Assembly: GCA_043785585.1 (NCBI GenBank)
Contig: JAYVXB010000079.1
Location: forward strand, 1-54,700
Length of the DNA: 54,700 bases
DNA from: Deltaproteobacteria bacterium
Lineage (GTDB): Bacteria > Myxococcota_A > Polyangia > Polyangiales > Polyangiaceae
Direction: 5' to 3'
The position numbers and the translations under genes were made by a program. The first letter of the stretch is position 1. Every line of letters starts with the position of its first letter. Positions 28,480 to 36,930 of the stretch are shown here, in pieces. The notes beneath the pieces were generated by a model, which saw nothing but the letters and a program-made list of their open reading frames with translations, made no database searches and was not told the DNA's origin.

Positions 28480-28619
28480 TGTGGGCTTCCGGGGTGCTGC
28501 GCGAACGCTTCAGCCTCGGTAGCGATGGGGCGGACGGGAGGCCGGATCGTCATGTCGTCCCCCTCCGCGTGTGCGCAGCGGCTAGTGAAACATTGCTGAA
28601 ACACCTCGATCGCGCTCCC

Positions 28620-29963
28620 ATGCGAGACATGCCCCGCTCCGCTCTCCCGAACGACCTGACGCTCGCCGCTCTGGAGGAGCTCGGCGGAGGAGCGGTCGTC
28701 GTGCTCGATCGCGAGCTGCGCATCGTGACGTCGACCAGGCGCGCGAAGGCATTGCTCGGGGACGTGCCGATCGGCGTCTCTGCCCCCAAGCTCCTGTGCG
28801 GAGAATCGGCCAAACGCCCGGTCGCAGAGGCACTCGCTGCGGGCCGAGCGGTGACAGCCACCATTCCACGGCCAGGACGCGCCTGTGATCGAACGCTGCG
28901 CGTCTCCGCGGCGCCGATTCAACAGGATGGATCGCGGATTGGTTGGGCGCTCCTCCTCGACGAAGAACCGATCGAGGGCGATGGTCCCGAGCTGTTTCAC
29001 GGCATGTGGAGCGCCGACGCCGCGACGCGCCGGCTGTTTCGCGTGATCGACAAAGTCGCCCGCACCGAGTCCAGCGTGCTCGTACGTGGAGAGACAGGCT
29101 CGGGCAAGGAGCTCGTCGCCGCCGCGCTCCACGAGCTCTCCCCGCGCGCCAAAGGGCCCTTCCGGGCGATCAACTGCGCAGCGATGCCCGCACCTCTCCT
29201 CGAGAGTGAGCTCTTCGGCCACGCGCGAGGGGCCTTCACGGGTGCGGTGCGCGACAATCCGGGTCACTTCAAGCTCGCGGACAAGGGCACGCTGTTCCTC
29301 GACGAGGTGGCGGAGCTCCCACTCGAGCTGCAAGCGAAGCTGCTCCGCGTCCTCGAGACTCACACGGTGATGCCCGTAGGCGCGCGAGAGCCCGTCCCAG
29401 TCGACGTGCGGATCGTGGCCGCAACTCATCGAGCGCTTCGACGCGAGGTGGACGCTGGGCGCTTTCGCGCCGACTTGATGTACCGATTGCGCGTCATCCC
29501 GATCTTCCTACCGCCGCTCCGTGCGCGCGGGGGTGACGTCATCCTTCTTGCCGAGCGGTTCATCGAGGAGATGAATACGCGCGCGACGCGCAAGATTGGC
29601 CGCGTCTCGCAAGGAGCGAAGGCCGTGCTCGCGCAGTACGACTGGCCCGGCAACGTGCGGGAGCTTCGCAACGTCCTCGAGTACGCGTTTGCGATCGGTG
29701 AGGGACCGGTGCTCGTCGAAGGTGATCTTCCACCGGAGCTCCTATCGCCGCGCTCGGAGGTCGAGGACGCGCAGCCACAGGCGAATACCCCTCCACCACT
29801 CCCATCCTCGGTCGCGTCGCCCGAGGCTGCGAAGATCCTGCGCGCCATCGAGCGAGCCGGCGGCAGCCGCGCGCGCGCGGCGAAGAGCCTCGGCATCAGC
29901 CGGATCACGCTGTGGCGCCGGATGAAAGAGCTCAGCCTCGTCGAGCGGCGTGCCGAAAAGTAG
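28620..29963 (+). CDS. Sigma-54-dependent transcriptional activator with N-terminal PAS-like sensor domain (Fis family HTH)
   Basis: ORF 28440..29963. The likely start is the ATG at 28620 (MRDMPRSALPNDLTLAALEEL). It has Walker A GETGSGKE, GAFTGA, ESELFGH and a C-terminal HTH (AAKSLGISRITLWRRMK). It has no REC domain. Confidence 0.88.
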   Translation: MRDMPRSALPNDLTLAALEELGGGAVVVLDRELRIVTSTRRAKALLGDVPIGVSAPKLLCGESAKRPVAEALAAGRAVTATIPRPGRACDRTLRVSAAPIQQDGSRIGWALLLDEEPIEGDGPELFHGMWSADAATRRLFRVIDKVARTESSVLVRGETGSGKELVAAALHELSPRAKGPFRAINCAAMPAPLLESELFGHARGAFTGAVRDNPGHFKLADKGTLFLDEVAELPLELQAKLLRVLETHTVMPVGAREPVPVDVRIVAATHRALRREVDAGRFRADLMYRLRVIPIFLPPLRARGGDVILLAERFIEEMNTRATRKIGRVSQGAKAVLAQYDWPGNVRELRNVLEYAFAIGEGPVLVEGDLPPELLSPRSEVEDAQPQANTPPPLPSSVASPEAAKILRAIERAGGSRARAAKSLGISRITLWRRMKELSLVERRAEK

Positions 29964-30438
29964 TCGTGACGACCGAGCGCCCGGGGGCCAATTCCCCATC
30001 CGCCGACGGCGCGTTCGGTCGGTCGCGCTCGAACACCCATGCGTAGGCGGCCATGCCCACCAGCATCGCCGTCACGAAGGCGATCGCCGTCGGCGCGAGC
30101 GTGACCACGGAGACAACTGCAGGCCCTGGACAGAACCCGGCAATGCCCCAGCCGATCCCGAACAGCGCAGCGCCGAGCAGCAGACGGCGGTCGATCCCCG
30201 TGGTGAGCGGCAGCGAGAAGGCGGGCGCGAATCGCGGCGCGGCGGCCGATTGGAGCCGCCGCGCGAAGACGAGGTGCACGCCGATGGCGCCGAGCATCAC
30301 GAACGCGAGGCTCGGATCCCAGGCGCCGGCGACATCGAGGAAAGCGATGACCTTCGCCGGCTGCGTCATCCCCGAGATGCCGAGCCCGATCGCGAACGTC
30401 ACTCCGGCGACGAACGCGACGACGTCTGTCCGCTTCAT
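29932..30438 (-). CDS. YeeE/YedE-type sulfur-transport membrane protein, second half-protein
   Basis: The ATG at 30438 (MKRTDVVAFVAGVTFAIGLGISGMTQP) overlaps the upstream stop (ATGA). It has 4 TM segments and a GWGIAGFCPGP motif. It is the 3' part of ORF 29932..31365. Confidence 0.8.
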   Translation of the reverse strand: MKRTDVVAFVAGVTFAIGLGISGMTQPAKVIAFLDVAGAWDPSLAFVMLGAIGVHLVFARRLQSAAAPRFAPAFSLPLTTGIDRRLLLGAALFGIGWGIAGFCPGPAVVSVVTLAPTAIAFVTAMLVGMAAYAWVFERDRPNAPSADGELAPGRSVVTTTFRHAARRG

Positions 30439-30863
30439 CGCGCACCTCCGACGAGGTGTTGCACGACGAAAGCGGCCATCGCGCCGGTGACCATGAACGT
30501 CATCGTCGCCGCGAGCGAGCGACTTGAGAAACGGCTCAGGCCGCAGACGCCATGGCCGCTCGTGCACCCGCTCCCGAGACGCGTGCCGAAGCCGACGAAG
30601 ACACCGGCGACAATCGCGAGAGGGATCGACACGGGGGCGGCACCGAAGGACGCCGGCCGCACAAGGCAGAGCACCACGCCGCCGACCAGGAGACCGACGA
30701 TGAACAGCGCACGCCAGGAGGTCTCTCCGGCGCGCGGCCGAACGAGCCCTCCGAGGATGCCGCTGATGCCTGCGACGCGACCGTTGAGGAGGAGCAGGAT
30801 CGAGGCGCTGATGCCGATCAGCGCGCCGCCGCCGAGCGCGGACCACGGGGTGAAGTTCGTCAT
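30435..30863 (-). CDS. YeeE/YedE-type sulfur-transport membrane protein, first half-protein
   Basis: 142-aa ORF. The GSGCTSGHGVCG motif is characteristic of the family. Confidence 0.85.
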   Translation of the reverse strand: MTNFTPWSALGGGALIGISASILLLLNGRVAGISGILGGLVRPRAGETSWRALFIVGLLVGGVVLCLVRPASFGAAPVSIPLAIVAGVFVGFGTRLGSGCTSGHGVCGLSRFSSRSLAATMTFMVTGAMAAFVVQHLVGGAR

Positions 30864-30902
30864 GTGACCTTGGATCGGATGAGAGGCTAGTGCGCGAGGG
30901 GC

Positions 30903-32528
30903 TCAGCGCCCGCTGTGAAGGAGCTCGTCCTGGCTGAAGATCACGGGCGGGAGATCGACCGCCTTGGCGCGGCCTTCGCGTTTCGGGGCGATGACCGGGT
31001 GTTTCACGAGGTACTTCCGGAGCGCCTCGTGCACGGTCATCGGCAGGACCACCGGATCGTGGGTGCCCTTCATGCGGCAGACGACGTCGAGCGGCTCGCC
31101 GGCGCGCTCGCAGCCCGCGAGCGAGTACTTCCCATCGTCGACGATGCGTTTGCCGAGCACCTTCACCTCGCGGAGGCGCGAGCCGTTGGGCGCCTTCGCA
31201 GCGAACACCATGTCCATACCGGAGGCGCGGGGTCCCCAGCCGCCCGAGAGCTTCCAAGGGTCGGGGGAGAACACGAGCTCGAGCTCGTTCTCGAGGTAGG
31301 TCCGCAGCTCCTTGCCCGTGACCCACGATTTTTTCATTCGCGCGTCGAGCGGGAGGATGTTCCACAGGTCCCCCTCGGTGATCGGCCCCGGGGGAAGAGG
31401 CGGCGCGTAACGAAAGCCGTTGCTGAAGCCCATGTCGGTGCCGCCCACCTCGCGCACCGCATCGGTCACGAAGTCGTCGGTCGTGGACTCGAGAACGTCG
31501 TAGCGCATGAGCGTCGTCTCGGTCTTGCCGACGACTTCGCTCACGCGCGCGCGGTACGGCGCGAGCGCGTCGTCGACGAGCTTCTTCACTGCCGGGTCCT
31601 GCGCGTAGTCGGCCTCTCGGATCGGCAGGAGCTTGAACTCGTAGCCGGCGACTCCTCCCTTCTCCCCGACGGTGACATCGAGTCGCCCAAGGAACGAGCC
31701 CATCGACCCAGGCTCGACGACGATGACCTTCCCCTCGAGGATGGCGTGCTCGGTGCGCTCGTGCGTATGGCCGGAGAGGATGACGTCGAATTCAGGGATC
31801 TCGCGGGCGATCTGGCGAGAGACGGAGAGACCGGTGTGCGTGACGGCGACGACGAGGTCCGCGTGCTCGCTCGCGCGCACCGACTTCACGAAGTCGCGCA
31901 GGCCCTCCATGCGCGTCGAGTCGAGGCCGACGACCTCGTCCGGCGGCTGCCGCTTGGTCGTGGTCGGATCGGTGATGCCGACGAAGGCGACGCGCACGCC
32001 GTCGCGCTCGAGCGTCACCTCGGGCGCGAAGAGTCGCTGACCGGTCTTGGTGTCGTGGAAGTTGTACGTGGTGACCTTGCATGAAACGCGTTTCATCAGA
32101 TCGCGAAACCGGTCCGGTCCGTACACAACCTCCCAGTTTCCCGGGACGCACACGTCGAGGCCGAGGGCGTTGAGCGGTCCGAGCACGACCTCGCCCGCGC
32201 TCCACGCCGCCGGGCCGGATCCCTGGAAGGTGTCGCCGCCATCGGCGACAAACACGGCCCCCTTCGACGCCGCGCGCTCGCGATCGATCGCCGTCTTGAG
32301 TCGCGCGTAGCCGCCCATCGACTGAAGCTCGGGCGTCTGGCCCGGCATGTACTCCGGGTGCGTCTCGAGCTGCGCGTGCGAGTCGGCGATGTGGAGAAAC
32401 GTCACGTGCCGCGGGCTGGAGTGAGCCGGGGTTGGCGACGCGACCGCGCCGCTCGGGGCGTCCTTCGCGCAACCGGCGACCGACGCAACAGCGAGAGCGG
32501 CAAGGAAGAGTGAGCGAGGCGCGGTCAT
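30903..32528 (-). CDS. Metallophosphoesterase / 5'-nucleotidase-family lipoprotein (possibly SoxB-like sulfur hydrolase)
   Basis: The ATG at 32528 (MTAPRSLFLAALAVASVAGC, lipobox). Motifs are HIADSH, GGDTFQG, PGNWE and GHTHE, plus a 5'-nucleotidase C-terminal-type region. The SoxB assignment rests on context only. Confidence 0.8.
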   Translation of the reverse strand: MTAPRSLFLAALAVASVAGCAKDAPSGAVASPTPAHSSPRHVTFLHIADSHAQLETHPEYMPGQTPELQSMGGYARLKTAIDRERAASKGAVFVADGGDTFQGSGPAAWSAGEVVLGPLNALGLDVCVPGNWEVVYGPDRFRDLMKRVSCKVTTYNFHDTKTGQRLFAPEVTLERDGVRVAFVGITDPTTTKRQPPDEVVGLDSTRMEGLRDFVKSVRASEHADLVVAVTHTGLSVSRQIAREIPEFDVILSGHTHERTEHAILEGKVIVVEPGSMGSFLGRLDVTVGEKGGVAGYEFKLLPIREADYAQDPAVKKLVDDALAPYRARVSEVVGKTETTLMRYDVLESTTDDFVTDAVREVGGTDMGFSNGFRYAPPLPPGPITEGDLWNILPLDARMKKSWVTGKELRTYLENELELVFSPDPWKLSGGWGPRASGMDMVFAAKAPNGSRLREVKVLGKRIVDDGKYSLAGCERAGEPLDVVCRMKGTHDPVVLPMTVHEALRKYLVKHPVIAPKREGRAKAVDLPPVIFSQDELLHSGR

Positions 32529-33433
32529 GAATGATCTCCGGGGGACGATGGGGACAAGGACGGGACATGCGCGGCCGAACGAGCGCCGCGCGATCGAACG
32601 ACCACCGAGACTGCGAGGATCACGAGCGACCCGCCGACGGCAGCGAGGGGGATGTGAGCGGCAACGATCGACGTCAACGAGGCGGGCAGCTGCTCGAAGG
32701 CCATGAACATCGCCATCGCGAGCACGAACCACGCGAAACCCGAGCGCAGCGACTGCGGCTTCACGCGACCTGCGAGCGCCGCGCCGAGCAGACTCCCCAC
32801 CACCGACGCAGCGGTCACCGCGAGGGCGAGGGACCAGTGGATCGTCGCGTGGCTGAGCGTGCCGGCAAACCCGGCGAACGAGTTCATCGCAATCACGAGC
32901 AGCGAGGTTCCGACGGCCGTGCGCATCGGCAGTCCGGTCAGGAGCACCAGCGCGGGGACGATCACGAAGCCACCTCCTGCACCGATGATCCCGGTGAGAA
33001 GGCCGATCGCGACGCCGACCGCAGCGGCGCGCACGAACGCCGCGCCACGGAGCGTCGTGACTTCGCTGGCTGCTTCGTCGCGGCGCCGTCGCATCATCGC
33101 GAGCGCGGTGACGAACATCATCACGGTGAAGCCAGCGAGCAGAAGCTTGGCTGGAAGAACGTGCGCGAGACGTCCTCCGCCGTAGGCGCCGATCATCGAC
33201 GCGGCGCCGAAGAGGAATCCGACACGCCAGGCGACGCGGCCGCCGCGCGCGTGAAAGATCATCGCGGAGACGCTGGTCGCTCCGACCACGAGGAGCGAGG
33301 TCGCGATGCCATCCTTCGGATCGAGCCTCGCTGCGTACACGAGGATCGGAACCGTGAGAATGGAGCCTCCGCCGCCGAGTAGACCGAGCGACACGCCGAT
33401 GAGCACGGAGAGCGCAAGGGTGAGGATCATCAT
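32525..33433 (-). CDS. TauE/SafE family sulfite exporter-like membrane protein
   Basis: 302-aa ORF. It has duplicated 4-TM halves with the GGGGSILTVP and GAGGGFVIVP motifs. The stop overlaps the next start (ATGA). Confidence 0.85.
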   Translation of the reverse strand: MMILTLALSVLIGVSLGLLGGGGSILTVPILVYAARLDPKDGIATSLLVVGATSVSAMIFHARGGRVAWRVGFLFGAASMIGAYGGGRLAHVLPAKLLLAGFTVMMFVTALAMMRRRRDEAASEVTTLRGAAFVRAAAVGVAIGLLTGIIGAGGGFVIVPALVLLTGLPMRTAVGTSLLVIAMNSFAGFAGTLSHATIHWSLALAVTAASVVGSLLGAALAGRVKPQSLRSGFAWFVLAMAMFMAFEQLPASLTSIVAAHIPLAAVGGSLVILAVSVVVRSRGARSAAHVPSLSPSSPGDHS

Positions 33434-33437
33434 CCGA

Positions 33438-34163
33438 TCAGCCTTGGACCGGCATGGGAATGCGCCCGCACGCGCGGTTGGCAGGCACCGCCTCGTGCAG
33501 CCGCTTCGGCTCCGGCAGGTGGAGCGAGTTCATCACGGCGATGAACTCGTCGCGACTCCGGCCGGCGATGCGCTCGTTCCAGAGCTTCTCCTCTCCGATC
33601 GAAGTAACGGTGCGCCCCTTGTAGTCGTGGGCCGGGTAGACGAGCGTCGCATCGGGCAACGTGAAGAGCGCCCCGGTGATCGAATCGTAGAGACGACCCG
33701 CGTCGCCGTTCTGAAAGTCCGTTCTACCCGCTGCGCGGATGAGGAGCGCGTCGCCGGTGAAGACGCGATCGCGCGGATCGTCGGTGCGATCGGGATCGAC
33801 GAGCAGATAGCTCACGCTGTCGTCGGTGTGGCCGGGGGTCGAGAGCACGCGCAGCGCGAGACGGCCGACGCGGATCACGTCACCGTCGTCCACGTGGAGG
33901 TCGGCGCACGCCGCTCCCGCGCGGCTCGACACCGTCCGCGCGCCGGTCTTCTCGCGCAGGCGGGTCGCCGCCGTTACGTGATCGGCGTGCACGTGCGTGT
34001 CGAGGACGTAGACCAGCGTGAGGCTGAGCTGGCTCACGACCTCGAGGTCGCGGTCCGCCTGCTCGAGAACGGGATCGATGAGGAGCGCCTCGCGCGTCCC
34101 TTCGTCCGCGAGCAAGTAGCTGTAGGTCGAGCTGTCGTGGTCGAAGAGCTGTCGGAAGAGCAT
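33438..34163 (-). CDS. MBL-fold persulfide dioxygenase-like protein (ETHE1/PDO family)
   Basis: 241-aa ORF with THVHADH, TPGHTDDSVSY, GDALLIRAAGRTDFQNGD and AHDYKGRTVTSIGEEK, which is the typical ETHE1-type pattern. Confidence 0.85.
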   Translation of the reverse strand: MLFRQLFDHDSSTYSYLLADEGTREALLIDPVLEQADRDLEVVSQLSLTLVYVLDTHVHADHVTAATRLREKTGARTVSSRAGAACADLHVDDGDVIRVGRLALRVLSTPGHTDDSVSYLLVDPDRTDDPRDRVFTGDALLIRAAGRTDFQNGDAGRLYDSITGALFTLPDATLVYPAHDYKGRTVTSIGEEKLWNERIAGRSRDEFIAVMNSLHLPEPKRLHEAVPANRACGRIPMPVQG

Positions 34164-34187
34164 CGGTGTTCCCGTTGACGGCCGTGA

Positions 34188-34203
34188 TGCGAGCCACGTG
34201 CCA
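34188..34203 (-). promoter_or_regulatory. Sigma-54 promoter TGGCACGtggcTCGCA (minus strand)
   Basis: The reverse complement of 34188..34203 has a perfect TGGCACG -24 half and a TCGCA -12 half at exact spacing. It lies 25 nt upstream of the PDO ATG. Confidence 0.6.
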
Positions 34204-34256
34204 AATCGCGCGGTGGTCGGGCTCCGAGGGAAATCTCATCGCAGACGCCGAAGAGG

Positions 34257-34309
34257 TCAACGCTTCTGAAACGCGTTGAAGCACGTGTTGAAACGCATGC
34301 AACGTTGCA
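34257..34309. promoter_or_regulatory. Cluster of palindromes upstream of the PDO promoter (TCAACGC-N9-GCGTTGA; TGCAACGTTGCA)
   Basis: The inverted repeat at 34257-34279 and the perfect 12-bp palindrome at 34298-34309 were read directly. They lie 54-106 bp upstream of the sigma-54 promoter. The region also sits upstream of the divergent thioredoxin-like gene. Confidence 0.3.
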
Positions 34310-34488
34310 GCCAGACGTGGCGGCTCGTCGCGCGGCCGCTTCAAAAGGGCCACTGTGGAGGCGAAAAGCGGCTGATGATTTCTGCCGATATGCGATCCCC
34401 TTCGGGCGGCCGCTCGCCGGTGCGCTACTTGCGTCAGAGGCACGCGATGCGGCGGTGTGATGGACAACGCCGCACGGGAAAGGTTGAG

Positions 34489-34980
34489 ATGCTTAGCACG
34501 CTCGTTGCCGCGGCCGCGTTCGGGTGGCGCTCGGTGAGTCCCGTGGTGACAGATGTGACAGGTACGGCACGCGTCGCTGACGCCCCGTGCGACGCGACTG
34601 CGGAGGCCTGCAGCGCGCACCCGCCCTCGGCGCACGCTGCTGCGGCGCGCGTCGAAGGTCGACCGCGACTCCTCGTCTTTACGAGCCAAAGCTGTCCGGC
34701 CTGCATGAGGATGGGCCCCGTCGTCGACGCCGCCACGAGGTCGTGTGATGGGGCGTATGACATCGAGCGAGTGGACTTCGATGACGACAGAGGTGAAGCG
34801 CTCGCTTCCACGTACGGCGTCACCCTGCTGCCTTCGTTCGTGAGTGTCGACGCGACCGGCAGCGAGGTCGCACGGCTCACGGGCGTTCAACCGCAGCCGC
34901 GGCTCGAACGTGCCCTCGAGGAGGTGCGCGGATTTCGCTGCGCGTCGGCCCCGCGCGCCGAGGACCAAAAGAGGATGTAA
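34489..34980 (+). CDS. Thioredoxin-fold protein (CPAC active site) with N-terminal hydrophobic segment
   Basis: An internal ATG at 34489 of ORF 34276..34980 is preceded by GGAAAGG. LLVFTSQSCPACMRMGPVV carries a CxxC motif. Confidence 0.65.
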   Translation: MLSTLVAAAAFGWRSVSPVVTDVTGTARVADAPCDATAEACSAHPPSAHAAAARVEGRPRLLVFTSQSCPACMRMGPVVDAATRSCDGAYDIERVDFDDDRGEALASTYGVTLLPSFVSVDATGSEVARLTGVQPQPRLERALEEVRGFRCASAPRAEDQKRM

Positions 34981-35047
34981 GCGAAACATCGCCGCGTTCT
35001 CGCTGGACCGCGGCTCTACGAATGGTTTTCAACCAAAGGAGCACGCC

Positions 35048-35479
35048 ATGAACTTCGACGTCCCGTACGGCATCACCCGGCGCATCTCGGGTGCCACGAT
35101 GGCCGCGGCGCGCGAGCGGGTCACTGCCGCGTTGAAGGAGGAGGGCTTCGGCGTCCTAACGGAGATCGACGTGCAGAGCACGCTCGAGAAGAAGCTCGGT
35201 GTCCATACCGAGCCGTACATGATCCTCGGCGCGTGCAACCCGAAGCTCGCCCACGAGGCGCTGTCGAAGGAGCCCGCGATCGGCCTCCTTCTGCCCTGCA
35301 ACGTGGTGCTCGCGCAGGACGGCAAGGACGTCGTCGTCTCGGCGGCCTCGCCGCGCGCGATGTTCGCCGTCGTCGGAGACGCCGCCGCGCAAGGGCTCTC
35401 GGCGATCGCCGAAGATGCTGAGGGGCGGCTCCGTCGCGCACTCGAACGCTTGGTCGCGGGCGAGGAAACAACGCCGTGA
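35048..35479 (+). CDS. DUF302 domain protein
   Basis: The ATG at 35048 is preceded by AAGGAG. GFGVLTEIDVQSTLEKKLG...YMILGACNP is the typical DUF302 core. Confidence 0.85.
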   Translation: MNFDVPYGITRRISGATMAAARERVTAALKEEGFGVLTEIDVQSTLEKKLGVHTEPYMILGACNPKLAHEALSKEPAIGLLLPCNVVLAQDGKDVVVSAASPRAMFAVVGDAAAQGLSAIAEDAEGRLRRALERLVAGEETTP

Positions 35480-35513
35480 GCCACTCCCGCGGGGAGGAAT
35501 GAATCTCGGATGC

Positions 35514-36443
35514 TCACTTCGTGAGGTCGATGCGCAGACAATCCTCTGCGAAGCGAGTCTCTCCTTGGAAGGTCGCACGCACCGACGCAAGTACCTCGTC
35601 GCGCGACTTTGCAACGGCCGGCGGGACGTGACTCAGGAGCAGCGATCGCACCTTCGCCTTGGCCGCGATCTCGCCGATTCGATGTGGCGTCGTGTGTAGA
35701 TCGTAGAGCTTCTTCGGGGAGCCCGGCGGATCGAGCACCGCGGTGTCGTAGACGAGGAGATCGGCGCCGGCGGCGAGCCGCGCCAGGTTGTCGTTCTTCG
35801 ACGCGAGGTCGCCGGACACGACCACCGCGTGACCTGCGTGCTCGACACGGAACGCGACGGCCGGCACGTCGTCGTGATCGACCGCGATCGAGGTCACGTG
35901 CAGATCGCCTTCGCGGAGGACCTCGCGAAGAGGAGCCTCCGCGGCTGTGGGCAAGTCGGTGACCGAAAAGCGCAGCTCGTTGCGGAAGCTACGCAGGTAG
36001 GCGTAAGCGCCGTTCTCTCCAAAGAGTCGATCGACGAAGACGGTGGTGCTCGGATAGAGGCCAGCGCCGGAGGGCCCGAAGATGCGGAACGTCATCGGCT
36101 CGTCGAACGCGAGATCGCGCGACTTCACGAACCCGGCGAGATCACCCGTGTGGTCGATGTGGAGGTGCGTGAGGAGAAGCGTGTCGAGTGACTTGAAGTC
36201 GATGCCCGACTCGCCGAGCCGCACGAACGCGCCCGGTCCAACATCGACGAGGATGCGCGCGGTGCCCTCCACCAGCAGCACATAGCTCGACGCGCCTCGG
36301 CCGAAGCCGCGAGGCCCGCCGGACCCGAGCACAACGAGCTCAAACGGGAGAACGGCGCGCTCACTGGACGGCAGCGTGACGTCTCCTCGGAGCGCGCGTC
36401 CGGCGGTGGCGAGTGGACGCCGCCCGCCGTCGAGCCCGCGCAC
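35514..36443 (-). CDS. MBL-fold metallo-hydrolase (RNase Z/PhnP-like subgroup); 5' end problematic
   Basis: ORF 35514..36443 with THLHIDHTGD and the other MBL motifs. The annotated start is a GTG. A lipoprotein signal peptide lies just upstream in a different frame (see findings). Confidence 0.8.
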   Translation of the reverse strand: MRGLDGGRRPLATAGRALRGDVTLPSSERAVLPFELVVLGSGGPRGFGRGASSYVLLVEGTARILVDVGPGAFVRLGESGIDFKSLDTLLLTHLHIDHTGDLAGFVKSRDLAFDEPMTFRIFGPSGAGLYPSTTVFVDRLFGENGAYAYLRSFRNELRFSVTDLPTAAEAPLREVLREGDLHVTSIAVDHDDVPAVAFRVEHAGHAVVVSGDLASKNDNLARLAAGADLLVYDTAVLDPPGSPKKLYDLHTTPHRIGEIAAKAKVRSLLLSHVPPAVAKSRDEVLASVRATFQGETRFAEDCLRIDLTK

Positions 36444-36525
36444 CCGCTCACTGGCGCAGAGAGGAGAAGCGCGAGCGACAAGAGCCGTTTGCGCGCAGAG
36501 AAAGGCATCGAGTCGAAGTAAACGC

Positions 36526-36930
36526 CTAGTCGCCGAGGGCCCGCAACAGAAGGATGGTCATCACGACGCCAACGAGGGTCGCGGTGACCCCGAACACATA
36601 GACCACGACGGCGCTAGGGGCGCCGACATCGCCACGGTCGATCGCGTGCCGGATCTGCGCGTAGCGTACCGTGGCGAGGAGATTGGCCATCATGCCGAAC
36701 GCGACGAGCACTGCTCCGACCCACGCCGAGCCGACGCCGTGCTGGGGAGGCACCGTCAGCTGGCCGACGCTCGCGACTTGGCGGAGGAACACGCCGAAGC
36801 GGGCAATCGCGAAGCCGAACGCCATGAGCGCGATGCCGGTGCGGATCCAGGCGAGCATCGTGCGCTCGTTGGCTTGGTGCAGGCGGAGCGTTTCCTCCTG
36901 GGTGTTCGGCGGGTCGCCATTGTTTCTCAA
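36526..36930 (-). CDS. DUF202 (YidH-like) membrane protein
   Basis: The NERTMLAWIRTG motif is diagnostic of DUF202. I propose a TTG start at 36930, which has GAGG 5 nt upstream and overlaps the upstream stop as TTGA. It is the 3' part of ORF 36526..37149. Confidence 0.7.
   Translation of the reverse strand: MRNNGDPPNTQEETLRLHQANERTMLAWIRTGIALMAFGFAIARFGVFLRQVASVGQLTVPPQHGVGSAWVGAVLVAFGMMANLLATVRYAQIRHAIDRGDVGAPSAVVVYVFGVTATLVGVVMTILLLRALGD

Noticed and set aside
34429-34470. Sigma-54-like matches (AGGCACGcgaTGCgg, TGGACAACGCCGCAC) upstream of the thioredoxin-like gene.
   Set aside because: The -24/-12 spacing is off by one, or the GC dinucleotide is missing. Sigma-54 tolerates almost no spacing change.
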